Source: Myxococcota bacterium
GTDB lineage: Bacteria > Myxococcota_A > UBA796 > GCA-2862545
NCBI GenBank assembly: GCA_039208735.1
Contig: JBCCQY010000147.1
Coordinates: forward strand, 1-23,470
Reading direction: 5' to 3'
Length of the DNA: 23,470 nucleotides
Positions 17,647-23,470 of this stretch are shown one piece after another (position 1 is the stretch's first letter; every line of letters starts with the position of its first letter). A program made the translations under genes and the position numbers. The notes under the pieces were generated by a model. That model was not told where the DNA came from. It did not search any database and saw only the letters and a list, made by a program, of their open reading frames with translations.

Positions 17647-17789
17647 CTGTCCATCCAGCAGGCCGAGGGCAGCCTCGCCCCGGGCACGGTAGAAGAACGT
17701 CGGGACGGCGACCCCGGGGCGTACAAATTAGCATCTATGTTGGGGACACCCGGTCCAACCGTACGCGATGCAAGCGCTCGCTCATTCCG

Positions 17790-19286
17790 TCATGGAATCA
17801 AGTAGGCTGCGCCCGCGTCGACTTCGTTCGCGTCGATGGTGCCATCGGACGCCGTGCTTCGCTGATTCGGTTGGGAGTGCACGGCCACTCCGCCAGCGTC
17901 GACACACGCACTCGTGAAGCTCTCTATGATGTTCTGGGCGAGAAACAGCCGTGGTCCATCCTCAACGAATGGGAACCCAAGTTCGTCGGTGCTTTCGTCC
18001 AGGTGAATGGTCGGGCTTCCAAAGTTTTCGAGGTCCTGGTTCGCGCACGCATCGGTGATGGTCACCGAGCCTCCGTTGCTCACGACAGTCGACCCCTCGT
18101 CGGTCCACAATGCAGCGTTCGACAGCGTCACACTCCCACCCGAGTTGCCGAGGGCTCTTCCGTTGGTGTGCACGGACCAGTGCGAGCCCACGATGGTTCC
18201 CGAGCCGAAGTTCGCGACCCCCACATCCACGTTGCGGATCGTGAAGCCCACGATGTCCATCTCGCCGGAGAAGCCGACCACGACCGTGCCCGTCGAATCG
18301 AACACCGCGACGTCTTCGAGCAGGGTCCCCGGATTGCGAGAGTTGAGGAAGAGAATGCCTCGCGACCCATTGGTTCGGACGTTGGACAACGTCACGTTGC
18401 GGAGAGTAAAAGCGCCTCGGGCATTGTGCTGCACGCCCACGCCCGACTGTTCGTCTGACGCGGCGTAGGCCCCCTCGAGCCAGAACCCGTCCAACACCGC
18501 GTCGACTTCCGATCGGACAAGGTGCTCGACGTTGTCGGTCATCGTCCCATCCGGGTTGGCCAGGTCGTCGTCGCCCAGGAAGTCGCCCGTAATCACGGTC
18601 TGTTCGAATGCACCCGCCCGATCCGCGAGGTCGAGTTCGGTCCCATCGAACCCGCCGAACACTGCTACGCCCTCGACGAGCTGAAGTGCGAACGTCTGTC
18701 GTTCCGCCGCCGGCGCATAGCGGCCCTGGGCAACCCAAATCGCCTCGCCAGGCTGGGCGATCGCCAGCGCGTCGGCCGGATGGACAAACGCATCGGCCCA
18801 CGAGGTTCCATCTCCCGCCCCCGTCGCGGTTTCCGAGACGAACCACACATTGCAGATGGGCTCGTCGTTGGGATTGAAGCGGTCTTCGCATGTGTCGACG
18901 TCAGCACAGCGGCCGTCGCCATCCGCATCGCCCGTGGCGTTATCGCCGAAGCATGGGTCAACGTCGTCGCATTGGCCGTCTCCGTCAGCATCGCCGGTCG
19001 CATCGTCGCCTTCGCAAAGGTCGAGGTCATCGCAGGTGCCGTCCAGGTCGAAATCACCCACCGCATCGTCACCCGTGCAGGCATCGCGATCATCGCAGAT
19101 ACCGTCGTTGTCTACGTCACCCGTCGCGTCATCGCCTTCACAAACATCGACCTCGTCACACACTCCGTCACTGTCGGCATCGTCGCAGTCCACGGGCGCG
19201 GGCGCGGGCACTTCCGTGTCTACCACCGGCTCGCCGTCGGCACACCCGACCATCCATGCCAACCCCAGCATTACTTGCATCCGCAT
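17790..19286 (-). CDS. Lipoprotein with TSP type-3-like Ca-binding repeats and a pectin-lyase-like beta-helix region
   Basis: GAGGAG precedes ATG 19286; lipobox MVG-C. Acidic Cys repeats, then VWFVSETATGAGDGTSWADAF..IWVAQGRY..GVAVFGGFDGTE..TVITGD..LDGF, ending in DAGAAY. Confidence 0.85.
   Translation of the reverse strand: MRMQVMLGLAWMVGCADGEPVVDTEVPAPAPVDCDDADSDGVCDEVDVCEGDDATGDVDNDGICDDRDACTGDDAVGDFDLDGTCDDLDLCEGDDATGDADGDGQCDDVDPCFGDNATGDADGDGRCADVDTCEDRFNPNDEPICNVWFVSETATGAGDGTSWADAFVHPADALAIAQPGEAIWVAQGRYAPAAERQTFALQLVEGVAVFGGFDGTELDLADRAGAFEQTVITGDFLGDDDLANPDGTMTDNVEHLVRSEVDAVLDGFWLEGAYAASDEQSGVGVQHNARGAFTLRNVTLSNVRTNGSRGILFLNSRNPGTLLEDVAVFDSTGTVVVGFSGEMDIVGFTIRNVDVGVANFGSGTIVGSHWSVHTNGRALGNSGGSVTLSNAALWTDEGSTVVSNGGSVTITDACANQDLENFGSPTIHLDESTDELGFPFVEDGPRLFLAQNIIESFTSACVDAGGVAVHSQPNQRSTASDGTIDANEVDAGAAYLIP
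18888..19181 (-). repeat. Coding tandem repeat: about 4.7 copies of a 21-aa DxDxDGxCDxxDxCxGDDAxG unit
   Basis: DADSDGVCDEVDVCEGDDATG / DVDNDGICDDRDACTGDDAVG / DFDLDGTCDDLDLCEGDDATG / DADGDGQCDDVDPCFGDNATG / DADGDGRCADVDTC. Confidence 0.9.
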
Positions 19287-19676
19287 GTCTTCTCCTCGTT
19301 CGTGGTGAAGACAGGTACGAAGGTCGTGGACTTGATGGTTCTTAATCACACATAAGGTTCCGTGGTTCGAAGTAGATCCTCCAACCGATGGTGGGCCGGG
19401 CCGATGACGAACAGCACTACGTGTTCGTGCTCGGGGTGCTGGACCAGCGCCGGCAGACACCGACCGTGGTAACGGGTCGAGCGCTTCGGCGAATCACGCC
19501 TGTTGTCCGCCTGCTTCCGCGGAGCTTGATTGTTTCCATGCGTAAAAGAACCTCGCACGTCAAGATAGATATTTTTCCTCGGTCGAGGTTGGGCTCGAAC
19601 ACCCATGAATAGGAGACGCGGATGAAGAGCGCAGTGAGCGCTCCGAGCACGTGGTAGAGCCAGCGAGGAGGACAAT

Positions 19677-20099
19677 ATGTTCGAACGACTCCAGGCGCAC
19701 CCGTCCCGTGGACGATGGTGGGTCTTCTTCATTGTCGGCTGGGCGGCCTGCGATGGCGAGCCCGTCGTCAGCCAAGATACAGGCACTGTCCCAGAACCGA
19801 GCGACACGAGGCGCCTGGCCGATCTGCTGTCGGGTGACGCAATCGATGTGTGCGAAGAAATTGTGGCTACAATCGAGCCGGTGATGGGTCAATGTGGTGG
19901 TTCGCCGAGTCAGGTAGACCCCTTACCCGCGACCTTCTGCGCAGAACGTATTCTCGCCATTCCTGATGGTTGCGACGCCACGGTCGAGGACTATGTGCAG
20001 TGTCAAGAGGCCCTTTTTGAAGCCTACCGGGCTGACTTCTGCAGCAACCCCTCTCCGATCGAATGTGCCTTTCTCGACTCCGTCGACTGTGCTGCCTGA
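19677..20099 (+). CDS. Small Cys-rich hypothetical lipoprotein
   Basis: GAGGAGGA RBS; signal ending WAA-C. Eight further Cys including a CDATVEDYVQC segment. Confidence 0.75.
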   Translation: MFERLQAHPSRGRWWVFFIVGWAACDGEPVVSQDTGTVPEPSDTRRLADLLSGDAIDVCEEIVATIEPVMGQCGGSPSQVDPLPATFCAERILAIPDGCDATVEDYVQCQEALFEAYRADFCSNPSPIECAFLDSVDCAA

Positions 20100-20213
20100 A
20101 CAAGCCGAACTCATCGCAGAGGGTCTACTTCCCGATCCTGCCGGGTCGTAGGACTTGCACCCAGACACCGCATGTGCAGAAATGTGATGGCAAGCCTTGA
20201 TTCGTAAGGCACC

Positions 20214-20229
20214 CTTGCAGATTCGCAAG
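20214..20229. promoter_or_regulatory. Putative LysR box (CTTGC-N6-GCAAG, contains T-N11-A)
   Basis: Inverted repeat 25 bp upstream of the LysR ATG. A second inverted repeat, GCCTT-N7-AAGGC, lies at 20194-20210. Confidence 0.5.
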
Positions 20230-20254
20230 ACCGGTTCGCTGGGACAGGAGAGGC

Positions 20255-21136
20255 ATGTTTCGTTGGGACGATTTGCAGGTGCTGTTAGCGGTGCATCGCC
20301 ACGGATCGTTGTCTGCGGCAGCACGTTCCCTTTCGATCGACGGCTCCACCGCATCACGCCGGCTGCGAGCCCTTGAGTCAGCGCTCGACGCCAAGTTGTT
20401 CGAGCGCACGCCCGACGGGCTGGTCAGCACCGGATTGTCGGAGCGCTTGCTCCCCGCTGCGGAGCAGGCTGAAGCGGCCGCCCGCTCGGTGACCGCCATT
20501 GCCGCGGGGTCTGAGGTCACCCCCACGGGTACGGTTCGGGTGGCGGTCACCGATGCGTTCGCGAACTACGTGATTGCTCCGATGCTGCCGGATCTGCTGG
20601 ATGCCTTTCCGGGGCTTCACATCGAGCTGCTGGCATCCCCGAGCGTGGTGGACCTGTCGCGCCTTCAGGCTGAGATTGCGGTACGGTTCGTGCGCCCCGA
20701 ACAGGGCGACCTCATCGCCCAATGCGTCTCACGTGCGGGCCAGTTCGGCGGCTGGGTTCATTCGACCTATGTGGAACGACATGGGCCCGTCACCGGAATG
20801 CCCGTTCACTGGATCGGGTGGTCGCTCGCCTTCTCCCACCTGTCCGAGGCGCAGTTGTATGACCGGGTGGTTGGCGTGCCTCCGCGCCTGCGATGCGACA
20901 ACCTGACGACCATGATCGAGGCCTGGATCGCGGGGGCCGGCGCATTGCTGCTGCCGCAGGCCGTAGCCCAGTCGATCCCAGGCGCCATTCGAACCCCAGA
21001 ACCTGAATCGAAGGCGTTGGAGCTGTCGACCTGGGTGGTGACCCATGCTTCGATGCGCCACGTGCCACGGGTGCGAGTGGTGCGCGACTGGCTGGTCACC
21101 AGGATTCAAGAATACGAACGGGCAAGCTCCGGGTAA
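20255..21136 (+). CDS. LysR-family transcriptional regulator
   Basis: AGGAG RBS. WDDLQVLLAVHRHGSLSAAAR.L.ID.STASRRLRALE..LFER, GTVRV, DLSRLQAEIAVR, PRVRVVRDWL. Confidence 0.95.
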   Translation: MFRWDDLQVLLAVHRHGSLSAAARSLSIDGSTASRRLRALESALDAKLFERTPDGLVSTGLSERLLPAAEQAEAAARSVTAIAAGSEVTPTGTVRVAVTDAFANYVIAPMLPDLLDAFPGLHIELLASPSVVDLSRLQAEIAVRFVRPEQGDLIAQCVSRAGQFGGWVHSTYVERHGPVTGMPVHWIGWSLAFSHLSEAQLYDRVVGVPPRLRCDNLTTMIEAWIAGAGALLLPQAVAQSIPGAIRTPEPESKALELSTWVVTHASMRHVPRVRVVRDWLVTRIQEYERASSG

Positions 21137-21192
21137 CGGACATTACAGATGGGGGGCATCCCGCAAAGCACAGGAATCTACGGAGTTGTTGC

Positions 21193-22002
21193 ATGGCAAA
21201 CCCCTTGTCTGTTGCCCACCCTTGGGACCTGGTCGCACCGGGCTACCTCGAGCACAACCTCGACGACTTTACCGCCTTCGCCTCAAGGGCACTGGAGCTT
21301 GCCGCCATTGGCCCAGCCGACCGCGTCATTGACGTGGCGTGTGGGCCGGGGTCACTTGCGATTCCGGCGGCCGCGAAAGCCCAACACGTTCAGGCGGTCG
21401 ATTTCAGCCAGCCGATGCTCGCTCAGCTTCGGGAGCGCCTCTCCGACGGCAATATCCAGAACGTCAGCGTCACACACGGAGATGGACAGGCCCTTCCGTT
21501 CGAAGATGCCATGTTCGATGCAGGTTTCTCCATGTTCGGGCTGATGTTCTTTCCCGACCGTGCTCGGGGCTTTGCCGAACTGCGGCGTGTCCTTCGCCCT
21601 GGTGCTCGTGCCGTCGTATCCAGCTGGGTTCCGATGGACGACATCGTCGTGCTGTCCACCATGTTTGAGGCACTGTTCGAGGCTGCGCCTGAACTTGCTC
21701 CGACCGAGGCGCCCCCGCCGCCTCCATTGTCCAATCCCGCAAGCCTCATCGACGAAATGTCGGCGGCCGGCTTCGAGGTCGAGGTAACCGAGGTCACCCA
21801 CCCGATCCAAAATGGGTCGCTGGAGGAAACACTTGCGGCCTCCCGAACCTCCTTCGCACCCCTGTGTCTCATGGCCGAACAGCTGGGAGATCGTTTCGAA
21901 GACGTCTGGCGCCATGTATGCGCATCGATGCTCGCAAAGCTGGGGCCAGGGCCCGTTTCGTTTCCGATGCGGGCGCTGTTTGGAGTTGGCCGAGCGATTT
22001 GA
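21193..22002 (+). CDS. Class I SAM-dependent methyltransferase (UbiE-like fold)
   Basis: VIDVACGPG motif I, AVDFSQPML, GDGQALPFEDAMFD, FGLMFFPD..ELRRVLRPG. Confidence 0.93.
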   Translation: MANPLSVAHPWDLVAPGYLEHNLDDFTAFASRALELAAIGPADRVIDVACGPGSLAIPAAAKAQHVQAVDFSQPMLAQLRERLSDGNIQNVSVTHGDGQALPFEDAMFDAGFSMFGLMFFPDRARGFAELRRVLRPGARAVVSSWVPMDDIVVLSTMFEALFEAAPELAPTEAPPPPPLSNPASLIDEMSAAGFEVEVTEVTHPIQNGSLEETLAASRTSFAPLCLMAEQLGDRFEDVWRHVCASMLAKLGPGPVSFPMRALFGVGRAI

Positions 22003-22070
22003 TCGGGTCGGCGTAACGCTTTTGCCGGTGTGTCCTCTCGCAGGGCGGAGGACGCTTGGAATAGTTGTGA

Positions 22071-22673
22071 CTACGACGCAGGGTGGGCGAACGCGTGAGA
22101 GGCGGAAATCAGCCACTTCACGACGTCGAGTTCCTCCCGATTGCGCGGTCCGTACACCATGACCACATTCTTTGGAATGATGCCGCGAACCGCCAATGGG
22201 TGGTTCTCTGCCCACCCCTTCTCGATCGCAACTTGCCCGATCTCAAGCGGCAAATTGAGGTGGAGACTGCCATCACTGGGGGGATGAAGGTGGCAGAACT
22301 CCCGCCCGGCCATGAACGCGTGGGACGGCCCTGCCGAACACGACTCGTCAAGCCACATGGCCCGCGCCCCCGGCACCGAGACCCTCGAGTGCGTCTCCTG
22401 CACACACGTGAGCCCAAACATGAACGTGGCCATTTCCTGCTGCAAGTCATGGGGCGCATTCTGATCCAACTGCGTGTGAGGGTTCGTCGGGGTGGTCTTG
22501 GGGCGAGGTCCCGGTCGGGTGGGCAGGTCTTCAAGGGAAAGCGGCATCGTTTGGTCCTGTCGTTGAGCGATCGAGCGTTCGTCAGTCCGCTGAACGCCGC
22601 TCCCAGACCGACACGCAACCATCGCCAAAGCCCAGGCAAGGGCCACCCTCAGTACAGGTTTCGATACGTCCAA
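22071..22673 (-). CDS. DUF5519 / luciferase-like domain protein with a possible lipoprotein signal
   Basis: LPTRPGPRP.T...PH.QLDQ, SVPGARA, REFCHLHPPSDGSLHLNLP, KGWAENHP, MVYGPRNREE. GAGGA precedes TTG 22673, followed by ..ALAWALAMVA-C. Confidence 0.82.
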   Translation of the reverse strand: MDVSKPVLRVALAWALAMVACRSGSGVQRTDERSIAQRQDQTMPLSLEDLPTRPGPRPKTTPTNPHTQLDQNAPHDLQQEMATFMFGLTCVQETHSRVSVPGARAMWLDESCSAGPSHAFMAGREFCHLHPPSDGSLHLNLPLEIGQVAIEKGWAENHPLAVRGIIPKNVVMVYGPRNREELDVVKWLISASHAFAHPAS

Positions 22674-22760
22674 CGGTTCCTCTGCGCCTTTCCGTTCGCG
22701 GTGACACCGCTAGCATAAGGATGATGAATGAGAAGCTCCAATACAACATTCAAGCACTAC

Positions 22761-22780
22761 TGATAAGCTATGACTTATCA
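22761..22780. promoter_or_regulatory. Palindromic operator TGATAAG-N6-CTTATCA between the divergent DUF5519 and LysR genes
   Basis: Perfect 7-bp arms in an AT-rich intergenic region, 18 bp upstream of the LysR start. Confidence 0.6.
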
Positions 22781-22798
22781 ATTTTCGAGGTGGCCACG

Positions 22799-23470
22799 TT
22801 GAAGCTCAGACACCTCGAGACGTTCCTGGTGGTTGCGGAAGAACTCCATTTTGGGCGTGCGGCGGCCCGACTCCACGTCGCTCAACCGGCGGTGAGCCAG
22901 ACCATTTCCGCGCTCGAAGAAGAGCTTGGGATGCAGCTGTTCGACCGGACGAAGCGCCGGGTCCGCCTCAGCGCAGCGGGACAAGCGTATCGGGAGGAGG
23001 TCAAGGACATCTTCCACCAGCTCGACAGGGCATCGGCCATTGCGCGGGAGGCAGAAGCGGGGATTCGGGGAAGACTCACGGTTGGATTCACCGCGGTTTG
23101 CACCCTAGGCCGACTGCCGAACGTCCTGATCGAGTTCATGCGGCGGTTTCCGGACGTCGCGGTACGGCTGCAGCAGCTTGGAACGGCCGAACAAAGGGAA
23201 GCCCTGCGACGAGGCACCATCGACGTGGGATTCAGCATCTTGCCTGGTGATCACGAGCCTGTTCACTCGCAGCTCATCGCACCCGACGAACTGCACGTGT
23301 TCTTTCATACAAAGCACCGGTTGGCTTGCTGGGAGCGCGTTCCCATCGCCGAGATTCTGCACGAACCTTTCTTGCTGATGAGCCGTGAACGTGAACCCTG
23401 TGTTCACCGCTCCTTCGAACATATGTGTGAGCAGCACGGAACGCACGCTGAGGTCGTCCTCGAGGTCGAC
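22799..23470 (+). CDS. LysR-family transcriptional regulator (HcaR/AlsR-like), 3' partial; absent from the ORF track
   Basis: GAGG then TTG 22799. Translates MKLRHLETFLVVAEELHFGRAAARLHVAQPAVSQTISALEEELGMQLFDRTKRRVRLS..GRLTVGF and stays open to the window end. Confidence 0.95.
   Translation, partial: MKLRHLETFLVVAEELHFGRAAARLHVAQPAVSQTISALEEELGMQLFDRTKRRVRLSAAGQAYREEVKDIFHQLDRASAIAREAEAGIRGRLTVGFTAVCTLGRLPNVLIEFMRRFPDVAVRLQQLGTAEQREALRRGTIDVGFSILPGDHEPVHSQLIAPDELHVFFHTKHRLACWERVPIAEILHEPFLLMSREREPCVHRSFEHMCEQHGTHAEVVLEVD

Noticed and set aside
17647..17789. GC-rich leader upstream of the SGNH gene as a possible riboswitch or ncRNA
   Set aside because: No conserved riboswitch motif recognised; the short stems are expected at this GC content.
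13944..17805. Long plus-strand ORFs (550, 412 and 349 aa)
   Set aside because: Antisense shadows of the GC3-rich LamG and SGNH genes, with no recognisable motifs.
18888..19181. 63-bp period of the TSP3-like repeat equals the element length
   Set aside because: No sequence similarity to the element, and conservation is at amino-acid level, so this is coincidence.
19346..19650. Short ORFs on both strands in the gap between divergent lipoprotein genes (e.g. 19388..19612 +)
   Set aside because: No RBS or recognisable motif. It could be a gene remnant or promoter DNA, but no call is supportable.

Overview
High-GC bacterial window of about 23.5 kb, densely coding. The gene style (Cys/Asp-rich lipoproteins, wHTH-ATPase-TPR regulator) suggests a myxobacterium-like organism; this is inference only. 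It holds an OmpR/RstA-type two-component pair, a degenerate PP2C-fold protein, a GH43 xylosidase split by one in-frame TAG, a secreted hypothetical protein, a compact STAND-type regulator, a pentapeptide-repeat protein, two AraC and two LysR regulators, an iorAB-like molybdoenzyme/cytochrome c/DUF481 operon damaged by deletion, an NAD(P)H-binding protein, three minus-strand lipoprotein genes (TSP3-like/beta-helix, SGNH hydrolase, frameshifted LamG), a methyltransferase and a DUF5519/luciferase-like protein. The most striking feature is a 63-bp double-hairpin element bounded by duplicated TGATC(A), present in two inverted copies. One is inserted in frame inside the NAD(P)H-binding gene (adding 21 aa) and the other sits at that gene's stop codon. 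The copies differ by a compensatory stem base pair, which suggests a small, structured, GATC-targeting mobile element. No rRNA, tRNA, CRISPR array or transposase was seen.
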